A stretch of DNA of 64,000 nucleotides. Origin: Podarcis gaigeae. Its lineage: Eukaryota. This document shows positions 15,528 to 27,450 of this stretch, one piece after another. Location of the stretch: NCBI GenBank assembly GCA_964106915.2, contig OZ066915.1; one strand, written 5' to 3'. Made by a program: the position numbers and the translations under genes. Below the pieces are notes generated by a model. That model saw only the letters and a program-made list of their open reading frames with translations, ran no database searches and had not been told where the DNA came from. Numbering within the stretch: the stretch's first letter is position 1; every line of letters starts with the position of its first letter.

Positions 15528-18500
15528 TTAACCAAGGACTAGGCTGGACTTTCCGCCAGGTGGATTTCTCCTAGATGGTGCGGGTGCTGCAGCTACGGGG
15601 CTAGGAACTGGTGCAGCCGGCACAGGCTTCTCTTCACTCGGGCCAGAGGCAGCTTCTATTTCAACCTCTGTGTTTTCTAGAAAAGGAGGAATAGGAAAAA
15701 AAGAGGAATGCTTCAATCTCCAACGTATCAAATTTATTGCTGGACAAACACTGGCTCTGTGGCAAATCTTAAACAACAAAGTAGAAAAGACTGCCGCCCA
15801 ACAGCTCTATCTAGCAGATACACTGCTCTGGGCTTGCATCTTTCGTGGGCTTCACTTGTACAGGATTGTCACTGGGAAAGGTCCAGGGTTGCCTCTGGAT
15901 GCTGCTGAACTACAGCTCCCATCATCCCTGATCACTGGCCATGCTGGCTGGGGCTGATCGGAGTAATCAGGATTCTAGCAACATCTGGAGGGCCACAGGA
16001 TCCCCATTCCTCAGCTGCATGTATAGCAAAGCACAACTTAATTGGAATCAGACCAGACCCGAGCAACTTCCTTTTCTGTGTAAGTATTTCCAAGTACCAA
16101 GAGTAAATTAGATTTATTGAGGGGTCAACACCAGTCAGCCTGGATGTCCTATAGTAGCATTATGAATTTGTTTTATTGCCCCCACTGTTATATTTTGGCA
16201 TTATTGTTTTTCTTGTGTTTTCTTTTTGTCTCCAACAATAAAAAACCCAATTTTTAAAAGTAGGAAAACAGAAGTCAATGCCAGCGAATTTAGCAAGGAA
16301 AGAGCATCAGTCAATCCATGTTATGCATATGCACTTTAGGGGAATATTCATTGCACAAGGAGCCTTATTATCACATCTAACCATTTGCTTAATTGAAGCA
16401 CCTGTTTATGGTAAGCAGATCCAACAAAAGCAGAACACACTATATGCAGAAGAGTAAGGATTAATGTTGTGTTGTGAAACTGAATGCAGGCAGCATGTCA
16501 AACAGGATTTAATGTGCCATTCGGCCACAGAACTAAGTACATCATACATCCTAGCCAGATAGTTTAGAAACTCCTTGGTATGCAGCTTTTCCAAAGATGT
16601 TTCAACCAAAGCTTTCAAACAATCTGCCAGGCCTGGTTATTACAATCTAGACACCACACTAATGACTGGCTGCACGGATAGAATTCCTGCATATGCATGT
16701 AATTAAAACAATTACTGTTTAGTCTTTACTCAGGAACTCCTACCTGCCGACATACAAATAATTCACTGTCCTAATACCATCACATTTCCAGGAAGACAAA
16801 TCAGATAAATCAGATTTTTCAAAATTAATGTAGAATAGGTTTCTGAACTATAGCTGCTTGCAATCTTCAAGCTCTTTCTATAATCTTTCTGCTGTAAATT
16901 CATCCAGCCACCTTTGCTGTTCATTTCCACAATGGCTATTAGACATTAAGCTACCCAAGGCCCAGATCTGCTAGTTATCAGTGGACTTACACCTGCCCTT
17001 CCTGTGGCATGTTACAATCCCATTCTTGGACTAAAAGGTGTAGGTTTTAAATGAGAGTGCCAAATTGGGGTTTATCTCACTTTCAGGTTGCCAGGTTGTC
17101 TCTCTGACCTTGATTCTGAAATCTACTTCAACTGGCAGATTTCTGGATGATTAACCACAGGTTGAAAAAACCCCTCTATCCAGCTCTTATAAGAAACATT
17201 TTCACTGAACACTGATTGAGGTTAACTATGTTTGGTGTGCACTAGACAGCTAAGGCTATCTGCTGAAATTCTGAAGATCGGTCATCTTAGAAAGCTGTCC
17301 CATGCATATAAAAAGTCAGCTAAGAGAAGGCAAAGGTCTACAAGAATCCTGCAGAGAGATCAAGTGAGTAATGACAACTGGCTACCAGACAAGAGGTGTG
17401 CTATTTCACAGCTGATAAAAGCTACTCATGTGCACAATACATTAAGCATCATGACTACCTGTTCTGCTTGACAGAAAACTAGACTAATTTCATTCTATTC
17501 ACTCCATTTCCCCAACAAAATGAGTGTGGTAATTCTGGATTGCTTTAGTATAGCTAGGAGCGTTCACATGGTAGCTGGGGCATTTTTTGTGCCATTAGCA
17601 GACAAACCACCACCAATAGGAACTCTACAGAATTAGGAGAAGGATCCCAATTCGTTAAGGCAGGTTTTCAAGTTGGAAGCCTCTTGCCTAAGTTGGTAGA
17701 CAACTTGTAAGTTACCCAAACCCACTAGTCACATCACACACTCACATACAGCCTTCTCAAAGTACAGTTTATGTTGTAGGTCTCATAGAGTTATGGCTCT
17801 GCAAATTACAACTCTGGAAGCTTAGCTCAGAAAACACACTTTATTCACCACACAACATTGGGAGTAAAAAGAACACTCAGCCTTAAAGGTTCTATGGAAG
17901 CCTCTCTCTAGCTTCACTCTTAGTAGTTCCTCATGTTTGAAAACAAAAAACCCACCCCTCCCATTTCCATTCTGCTCCTTTCTGTGTAATTTAGCAGCAA
18001 TTTCCCCTTAAACTTAGTTTCAGCATGTCTGTCACCATACACAACACATACACGAATTGGACACATTTACGCCATTCTATATTCACAAATCCCTACAGAT
18101 CTCCAATGAATCATGCCTACTGAGGTATACATGCACATTCTATTCACTTATTGTATGTGGTGGCAGGTGCACCCCAGATACACCTGAAAATTAAAATGTT
18201 TTGCATTTATTCATGTGTGAACTACAACCAGGTAAAATCTTATGCAAGACCAAGAGGCCACAGAACTGACAGATAGGTCTTCATTATGAAGACACCTCGA
18301 CTCAAAAGTCATCTTGATTCACATTTATCCTTTCAGACTCCAACATACATCAGTGTACACATTCACCCAAGCCGGAAATGAATTTTCTTTTCGCTTATTT
18401 AGATCAAGGAGGAAAAAGTACTTACCGGGAGCCTCACCTTCCCCGCCCTGCAATGAAAAAAAAGCCAATGTTAATTCTACCTTTGCTGACATCAACCAAC

Positions 18501-21500
18501 AAAGATCACTTCTTTAGCTGAGCCAATATAAGGTAAGCATATTTGTCAATAGCAGAAACCTAATTTCTGAAACAATGAATGTAGTTTGAGTTTTATGGGG
18601 AAAAAACTCAATCGCAGTGGGCATACATTTTCCAATTTGTAAGACAGGTACAGTATATACTCGAGTATAAGCCAACCCAAATATAAGCCAAGGCACCTAA
18701 TTTTACCACAAAAAACTGGGAAAACTTATTGACTAGAGTATAAGTCAGTTCACCACACCACAAATCTGGAGGTGGCAGCAGCAGCAGCAGCAGCAGCGGA
18801 GGAAGCCCGAAAGCCCAAAGCCCGAAAGGGCTGCTTTCGGGCTGCTCGTTACTCCACTGCCGACAGTGGCAAAGGTTGAGCAGGAGGAAGGAGCAGCCCG
18901 AAGGGACCCTCATTCGAGTATAAGCCATGGGGGGCTTTTTCAGCATAAAAAATGTGATGAAAAAGTCGGCTTATACTTGAATATATACGGTAATTTCCAA
19001 TCTGTGAGTTGAGGCATACTAACATACCTGGAGGAAACTGCTGATGTCCAGAAGAAACCAAGTGTCTGTGAGACTTGAATACCCATTCAAGAGAAGAAAC
19101 TGACCACTGCATGGTTATATGTTTTACTGATTTTCCCTGCTGCCTACTTCCAGTCAGCCTCTACAAAGGGCTGGTAATTCTGCTCCATCAAGAATGACTG
19201 GCTCATTCATCCAGTCATTTCCCATGTAGAATAACCTACCAGTGAAGGTACTCCCATAACAGGCCACCAAACATACCCAAGGGGGTGGTTTCCTGAAGGT
19301 CACTTCCTGACTTCAGCAACATGTGCACTAAAGGAAACTTACAGGCCCATAACAAAACATATACCAACCTACCACTAGTTGAGAATCAGGATGAAAATAT
19401 GCTAGGAGCAGTACATCCCTAGTATAGGCTAACCTATGATCACAAATTACCTAGTGATCTGATAAATAAACCAAAATTTGTGGGTAATTAAGCTGTGTTA
19501 TGTTCAAAAAAGCACTAGCATACATAGGATCCACCTTGTCTAAAATTAGAGGAAACTCTAGACTCATACATGTTGACTGAAGTCACAACTATCAGTTCAC
19601 ATGTTAACTAGTGTACAAGGTGCCCATCAATAGGAAGCAAACACTCCTAATACTCACACCAGGTACTTTATGCTTCTGGCCGATCACTATGAGAACAGGA
19701 TGCTGATGAATATGGGCCACTGGCTTGATCCAGCAGTGCTATGAGTTTTAGTCTTATGTTAATCTGCTATGCTACTAATGTCTTTGGAGTTCTGCTTCAA
19801 ATGGCAAGCAGAGGCAGTGTTTTCAGAGCAGCACTGTGCTTGAAATCTAATCATCAAGAACTAGGGACATCTTCATGTATACCTTTGAGGAGGAAGGTAA
19901 CAGAATAAGAGCAAGGCCAGCCCTCTGAAGGTTGAGCAGCTCTGCCACCATTTTAATATTCTCAATTTACAAAAAGAACAGCTCTTACCTTTGGATCCAC
20001 GAAGTCACCAGAGATTGCATCAGAAGAATTTCTTCTTTGTGACCCAGGAGCTTCGGAATTTTCACTGACATCGCTGGGCTTGGCTGCTGTGAATAAATGG
20101 TCACTGTAACATGTACATAAAGCAGATACCCAAAGTAATAAAACCATGCACAATATTTCTAAGCAACAACCAGAGACAATGAACTGGCCCAAAAATTCTT
20201 TGTTACCTTCTTAACATATACCTCATCTAGCACAGTCCCAACACCTCCCTATTCAAAATGTTTCTGAATCTTGAACATCTGCTATAAGTTTAAGCTTAGT
20301 ACAAGTACTTTTGCACATTCAACCAGTTGGCCTAACAATGACCCTCTTGACCTGTTCTGTATCGAAATTTCATGCAGTTTTCTTCATTTATAGAGACACC
20401 CTCATAGGCACATTAGAAACAGATTGAATGCTAGTATTTACTCATTCTCTGCCACTACAACACCATTAATGTTTTCCCAATGCCTGCCGTGTACATGCAA
20501 CTAGTTCTGTAAGTGAAATAGCCACTGGTGTGCTAGTACACAACGGCTTAGAACAGGGTCATAGGAGTTAGCATGTAAACAGGCTAGGACTTGCCCCAGT
20601 GTCAAGAGATTGTGAACAGGATAAACTGAAGCCAAAAATTGCTCAACACTACTTCCACATGTTGCAGCTCCTCCTAACCAAGGAAGTAGTTCATGCTTCC
20701 ACCCATCAGCGACTATTCAAGTACAAACAAGCCTACACTGCAAGTTATCCTCTCTCCATTTATTTTTAAATTTGTTTTGCAAAGACTATTTTACAGCTCC
20801 AAAACAAGGCCAGGAAGCACAGTCACAAAACCCGAATCCAGATATTCAACCATGGGCATCCCTTTAAAGAATGAGAAGTAGTTGTTTCACCTGTTGAGCT
20901 AGCCCAGGGGGATGAATTATCTTCTGGAGTCCCAAAGATATTGGATGCCATCTTGTGTCTTCTTGTGTTTTGGTGTTCTTTTGGCAGATCAAATCCCATG
21001 TTGAACGTGGAACCACCACCTGGTGGACGAAGAACTCTAGAAATAGAGACCCGAGAGTTATGTTTACAGCATTGTCATCAACAGTGTAGCCTACCAGTGC
21101 AAAAAGAGGGCATTAAAGTAGCTATACATAGGCTGTAAGAAGCAGTAGTCTTTTAGTCCATTTCACACTAGCTTGTTACCATTAATAGACAAAGAAAAAT
21201 AAACGACCAGCTCACTAAAGAATGTTCATTTGACTCAGATTACTAAAGCTCTTATTTGCAATTTAATGATTACAAGTGGTTACAACATGGCATCAAGAGA
21301 TAAAGTACTCATAACCCATTTTAGGGGCAACAATGTAGTCACCATCATAATGCCCTCTAAAAGCACTTTCAGACTATTCAGAATTCTTAACCAGTTGCCC
21401 CACTCATACACATGCAACACTTTTTAAAGCCAGATGTGGGCAGAGGGTCAGGTTAGCCCAACTATTTTCAGAGTAAACTGAAAGGTGTTGCTGAAACTTT

Positions 21501-24500
21501 CCAAAAGTGGGGCACTTAGTATCTATGAGAAAGAAGCAAAGAAGGGCAAGGTCAGACTGGAGGAAAGTTCAGGAATCTGAAATCTAAGATCAGCAATTTT
21601 TAATCACCATGCTGTCCTGATAACATGCCTTAGCTATAGTCTGGATCAACAAGCAACTCACTGTGCCATACTTCATACCTGACTTCAGCAGCATTAAACA
21701 CTGCTAGCCTTGCAGTGTGCATTAGAGGGTGGAGTGTGCATTAGAGAGCGTATCATTGTAGGTCCTTTGAACTAGATGTTAGATATAATATAGTGCACTT
21801 CAGGTGTTAAGCTTTGCGCATATTGTCACTGAATACTCTTATGGCACTGCTAACATCTCTAGGCCATACTGCAAACAATTCACATGCCTGCCTATTAACT
21901 CGCAGAATAGGAATTCTACTAGGGTATCTTACTTTGGCAGGGTCGTCCACCTGGATGTTGGAAAGCCAACACACCTCCTGGCAAAGCATCATCAACACTG
22001 CCAGGGTCTGTGTCCCTTGTATGTTGGAGTTACCTAGTACACACCAATCACACACGCTTAACTAGTTACATCAGGAAAACGAAATCATAGACCTGTAAGC
22101 TAGAAGGGACTCTAGGATCGTCCAACCCCCTGCAATGCAGGAATCTCAACTACATGACAGATGGCCATCCAACCTCTGTTCAAAAGTCTCCAAGGAAGGA
22201 GAGTCCACAACCTCCCGTGGGAGTCTGTTCCACTCTCAAACAGCTCTTGCTGTAAGAAAGTTCTTCCTGATGTTTAGTTGGAATCTCTTTTCTTGTAAAT
22301 TGAATCCATTGTTTTGGGTCTAGACTCCAGAGCAGGAGTAAACAAGCTTGCTCCATCCTCCATATGACTGCACAATTTCGTGGGAGTTTAGCATACATAC
22401 CTTCTATAGAAGCCTATTTTAGATGCGTTTAAGAATGCTCTGAGCACACAGCCAAGAGCAAACATATCAGACTAGACAAGAAAGTTGTACCTCCCAACAA
22501 TTACCAGTCATTTCATTAAGGCAACCTATTGAATTAAATAACAAGTGACTGTGACAAAGTAAGGTTTTTGACCCATACATGAGCTGTGCTATTATAAATC
22601 CAATCCAAGGCAATTTGGAAGTCGTCCACACATTATATCATATGAGTTGTTCCTAAATGAAATGAGGGATAAACCAAACTTTAAAAGTAAGACTCATCTT
22701 CCTTAACAACCGACAGGTGGGTGGAACCCGACTCTGAGTGCAAAGAGAACACTCAACGCAAACACTGGAAGGAACCCTACATATATTATTCTTAAAAGAA
22801 GTACAGTAGTTTCTGTGAGGGAATCCATGTACCATCACCATTTTTCTTGCAATGTGTATTTAATATCTTCACACACAGGAAGCTGTCATAAGCTTACCTA
22901 AATCTCATATGTTCCCCAATGGGAGATACTCCACAAAGGGAGAGTACTTATGAAACTCATTTTTATGCAGGAATGTTTCAAACTAAAGTGGAAAGGGATC
23001 AGCAGTCAACCAGACAAAGCTAAAGAATGAATGGAAGGGCTGCTTCGGTGCCTTTACCATCAGCTAGCTTCAGAGTGCACCTACAGATCCTTTATGCCAC
23101 CCTTCCCTTAGAGGCAAGAGCCTGGAACTTGGACTAGAGCCAGTGTGGTGTAGTGGTTAGAGTGTTGAACTCTAATGCCCGAGTTCATGCTTACCTCCAG
23201 CATGGCATAGTGGTTAGGGTGCTGGATGAGGACCTGGGACCTGGGTTCAAATCCCCACTCAGCCTGAAGCTCACTGGGTGACCTTGGGCTAGTCACTGCC
23301 TTTCAGGCTAACCTACTTCACAGGGTTGTTGAGGGGATTAAACGAAGAGGGGAGTAATATACACCACCAAATTTATTATTATTATTTATTATTATTAATT
23401 ATTATTGTTATTATTATTGTTATTATTATTTTATTTATACTCTGCCCATCTGGCTGGGTTTCCCAGCTCCTTGGAGAAAAGGTGCGATACAAATGAAACA
23501 AACAAACTGCTGGTGACTAGAAAACGCTACCACAGAAACCTCCCCAATTCCAAATCACATCTTTCAGTAGATTTAATTGTAGGCCATTTTGATAGACAAT
23601 CCTGGATAAAACGTAGGGCAGTAGTACTAACAACCACCAACCAGACATAGGGGAGGAAAAAACTTTCAGGCATTAACAAACTTACGTTTATCAAATGTGA
23701 CTTCTGCCTTGTACAATAGCTACTGTCTTACAAAGAAAGAAACCAGTGTGTTATTGAATATGTGCTCAGTCATTTATGGCACAAAAGAAGGGTGTGTGCA
23801 GAGAAACAAGTGTAATAAACCTTTCCAGTCTTGTTGCCTGGAGGCTATTCTTATTCACCAGAGGTGTCTGTACAAGTGCTTAAAAAAAAAAATACTGCTT
23901 CAGTTGGTTTCTACTGCAGATGTGTACAATCTGTTCCGCTAGAGCTGAACTTGGACTCCAAAACCATCATCCCCAGCCCAGGTAAATAATGGCAGCTGTA
24001 GTTTGCAACATCTGGAGAACACAAGTTCTCCACTCCTGGTGTGGAGTGCGCGCGCAATGAAATCAATAAGCTGGAAATAAATGATATACAAATATGGCGC
24101 ACTACAGAATTTCCTCCAGCTTAAGGGAATTTAAGATGTTATAGAAGTCAAATTAAAAACTTACTTTAAAAAAGCATATTGTGTCACCTTTTGTTAAGCT
24201 GGTAAATTAGCTTTTAAAATGTATTGATTATGTATTGATTATATAGACCTTTGTTTCCTCCTCCTATAACAGACATTTTAGGGTACCTGTCTGTCAACTG
24301 AGGGGGTCTTAGGAAGCAAGAAACTGCTGCCTACCAACCAAAACAGGCCCATGTAAATGCTGACTAAAGTGGTACCTCGGGTTAAGAGCTCAATTCATTC
24401 TGGAGGTCCATTCTTAACCTGAAACTGTTCTTAACCTGAGGTACCACTTTAGCTAATGGGGCCTCCCACTGCCACCGCGCCGCCACCGCACGATTTCTGT

Positions 24501-26924
24501 TCTCATCCTGAAGCAAAGTTCTTAACCCAAGGTATTATTACTGGGTTAGCTGAGTCTGTAACCTGAAGCGTCTGCAACCCGAGGTACTACTGTACTGCAG
24601 AAAGGTGCCACTGGCTAAATTGCTCTACTACCAGAGTGCAATTTGTGCAAATCCCAAAAATGGGGTGTAGTCATGGGCAAGGTATGGACTCAACACACAC
24701 CAGATCCAACACCCCACTCCAAGGACATGCCAGAAGCCTACTCTGGGGATGAGGATCCTCAGATCTTGAGCCTACAGTGGCCCTCCAAGCCCTTTTATCT
24801 GCCCCTTGGGCATCTTCCAAAAGTACAAGGCCTTGTACTGTAATGCCTCTTGCCTGCCACATCTGTTGCTGGCTCCATCTGCCAATGGCATACGGTCCTG
24901 AGGGGTATCCTAGATGGAAATGCAACCTTTGGAATGAAAAAGATCCCCCATCCATGGTCTATGCCATGACAGAACCTGGTGCAGTTAATTCTTCTCCCAC
25001 TGACTCCCATGGGAGCTAACAAGGCAGAAAACAATTACTTCTTATGCCAAGCTCTTTATACTACCTCTTTACACATATACTAGGGGCACTCTGAGTGCCA
25101 CATTAGAGTTTGGGGCCTTTGGATTCCCAACCACATGACTACTTGGCCTCTCTCTCAATTTTGCAATGCAACGGATAATAATTCAGCCCCCAACTTAGTT
25201 CCTTTGTTCACCAAAAAGGCATTTTTTCAAAAATCAGTTCTGAAGAACCAGAGTTATTTCCTCCACTTCCAATGCCCCCACCTTGTAATCCCAAAAGCAA
25301 GCCATGCAGCACTGCAGAGTACCGACCAATACAAAAGATATTCAAAGTTGCAGCACCAGAACATGCTTAAGATCTAATCCATTTAAAGCAACAGCGTGCA
25401 ATAAGCTCCATACACCTTCATGCCTTTCAAGATCAAGTCTTCCTCTGCAGGCAGAAGTTGGACCAAAGATAGAGACAGCCTTTCAGAGGATTACAGAAGT
25501 TGCTGACTTGCTCCCGGCTTCTAAGCCTCGAGTTAACAGGTAGAGATGGTCATAGATGCTAGACAATAGAAGTGTGCTCAAGCCCCACCCAGCGCGAGGA
25601 ATCACTTACAGAAACCACGCCAGATAAAGATATTCACTGCCTAGATCTACAAGCCAGACAAAAAGGAAGCCAAGAAACGGTGCCAGGGGTGACGCAAAAG
25701 GGTTTTGGGAGCACCTAATCCTGCTGATCGGGGAGGGGTATCAGCCTCCTTTGTTAGGCTGGGAAGCAGAAGCACACGGATCAATCTGCTGAGCGAGTCT
25801 GACACAGCCCAGCCTCAAGAGCGCGCCCCCGCCCCGCAGCTGTTTCTTTGGGGAGAAGAAGGGAAAAAGCTGTGGCAAGCGAAAGGCTCCGCGGCCCCCG
25901 AGCAGATTCCGGGCTGGGTGCGGCTCCCACCCTCGCAAGCCAAAGAATCTTATCCGTCGTGGCGGAAAGCAGACAGTACTGTACTGTACTGTACTAAACT
26001 AAAGCCTCGTGGCTAGTCCTCTTTTTTTGGGGGGGGGGGGTGTAAGAGGCCTATTCTCAACATGCACAAAAACACCCCCCCCCATAAAACTATCCTCTTA
26101 TAAAAGCTCCAGCCTCCCCACCCCCAAGCAATATGGTGCGTCATTTCCCCGTTTCCCAACAATCTGCAGTTCCGAAGCCGAGAAGCAGGGGCTTCTTCCC
26201 GACGATCGCAGCATACAAAGGGGAAGGCAAGTACGACACAGGTCCGGAAAAGCGAGCGAGGCCTCGAAGGAGAGAAAAAGCGGGTCGCCGGCTCCCCACT
26301 TCCAGCAGCGGAGAGCTGGACGGCACCACGCCTGTCTTCTAGGCATCCTGGCAGACATAAAAGGGAAGGCGTCTCCTGCCTGCCCACCCGCCCTAGAGAC
26401 GCATCCAGGCGGTGTGTGGGTGTGGACCGCCGGGAGGAAAGTCCCGGAGCCGCGGCATGACAATAGGCCACCCGCGGTCTCTGTGCGCCTGAAGGAAAGC
26501 GCCCACACCCGTGTAGTGGCCTCGTGCGGGACCCCTTCGCCACCCAGGAAAAGCCTCGGGCGGCCGCGAACCGGATTCCCCGTTTGCCAAGCGGAACTGG
26601 CTCCCCAAGACCCTCCCAGGCCCACCGGAGGACCCCCCTCCCCAACACCCTGTTCTCTAACCCGCGTTGGTGGGGGGCTTCACGTGTCCGGCAGCAACCA
26701 CGTGTGAACGGAAGAACCGCCACCGCCGCCGACCCAAGAGACATGGGCTCTGGCCCGCTCCCCACACGGTCCAGGGAAAGGAAGGGGGAAAGCGGAGGAT
26801 GGGAAGCGGCGACGTATATATAGATATGAAACCAAGGAAACGGTCCCCGGGAAACGGTCTAAACCGACCTGGAACTGCTTCGCCCGCTGGGGTCCATCCC
26901 CTTGTAGGTGGTCGTGGTGGTCAT
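15528..26924 (-). CDS. JPT1: Jupiter microtubule-associated homolog 1 (HN1); complement(join(15528..15676,18426..18447,19989..20086,20891..21036,26869..26924)), 156 aa
   Basis: Exons 56+146+98+22+149 = 471 nt, in phase. [28 protein letters not shown]...[11 protein letters not shown]...RRNSS...[15 protein letters not shown] are HN1/Jupiter hallmarks; syntenic between NT5C and SUMO2. Confidence 0.95.
18651..18990. mobile_element. Tc1/mariner (Tc2/pogo-like) MITE containing a (CAG)n tract
   Basis: TIRs CAGTATATACTCGAGTATAAGCC / GGCTTATACTTGAATATATACGG, TA flanks; internal repeats of GAGTATAAG. Confidence 0.8.
22085..22360 (-). mobile_element. CR1 LINE 3' end
   Basis: Minus strand encodes a CR1 ORF2 C-terminus-like stretch (near KKFLTARAV...[15 protein letters not shown]) and carries the same GGGGGTTGGAC tail as the tRNA SINEs. 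Confidence 0.75.
23137..23510 (+). mobile_element. tRNA-derived SINE (Squam3/MIR-like) with a duplicated head, interrupted by an antisense (ATT)n LINE tail
   Basis: Two A-box heads (GTGGTGTAGTGGTTAGAG and CATGGCATAGTGGTTAGGG), B-box GGTTCAAATCC, core GGGTGACCTTGGGCTAGTCAC; (ATT)n at about 23372-23435. Confidence 0.65.
24367..24592. mobile_element. Tc1/mariner MITE (same family as 165-390)
   Basis: AGTGGTACCTCGGGTTAAG...CCGAGGTACTACTG, TA flanks. Confidence 0.85.
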
Positions 26925-27450
26925 GGCGGAGAAGAAGCCGGGTGAAGAGCCGCCCGAGGAAGAGGTAAGCGGAAGGTCTTATTCCCGCAACCCGACACCG
27001 TACTACTGCCGGCGTCAACTGCAGTAGCCGCTTGGCGCTGGCAGCTCCTTTTATATCCGTCATGGCTCGTGCCGTCCTATTGGACAGTTCAAAACCGTTC
27101 CCCCGGTCTCACTTGCCGGCCTCGTGCCACTCCAGAGATCGTCCCGCCTCCGGGTGCCGGAGACTGGTCCAGCCACAAGCACGCCCCGCTGGACTGGACG
27201 AGAGGTACTTTTGCTCAGCGCTTATTGGTTGTCCCAGAGCGCTCTCCCCCTTTGTTTCCGATTTAACAGTGTGGCTGCCACTCAAATCAATTGGGTGCTG
27301 ATTGGCTGGGCTACACATGAGGCAATAACAACTTCCTTAGCCTTTCTTTACGAGATAGCCGTTTAAGGGGATCCCTTCATAGGGAGTGGCATAGCAGGGA
27401 TGCGTGAAGAGGTGTTTGGTCGCGCCCCGGAACCTGAAATAAACCTGGCA
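25750..27450 (-). promoter_or_regulatory. CpG island / promoter of JPT1 with TATA box, four CCAAT boxes and a CHR-like site
   Basis: Minus-strand TATAAAA at 27049-27055; ATTGG at 27079, 27224, 27290 and 27301; TTCAAA (TTTGAA on minus) at 27088-27093; CpG-rich. Confidence 0.75.

Noticed and set aside
21807-22055. ORF or cryptic exon in JPT1 intron 1 with a SRIP motif and a GTAAG donor
   Set aside because: Weak acceptor, no homology, and not needed for the JPT1 frame.
26009-26765. Long overlapping ORFs (232, 250 and 175 aa) in JPT1 intron 1
   Set aside because: GC-rich CpG-island sequence depleted of stops; no recognisable domain; open on both strands.
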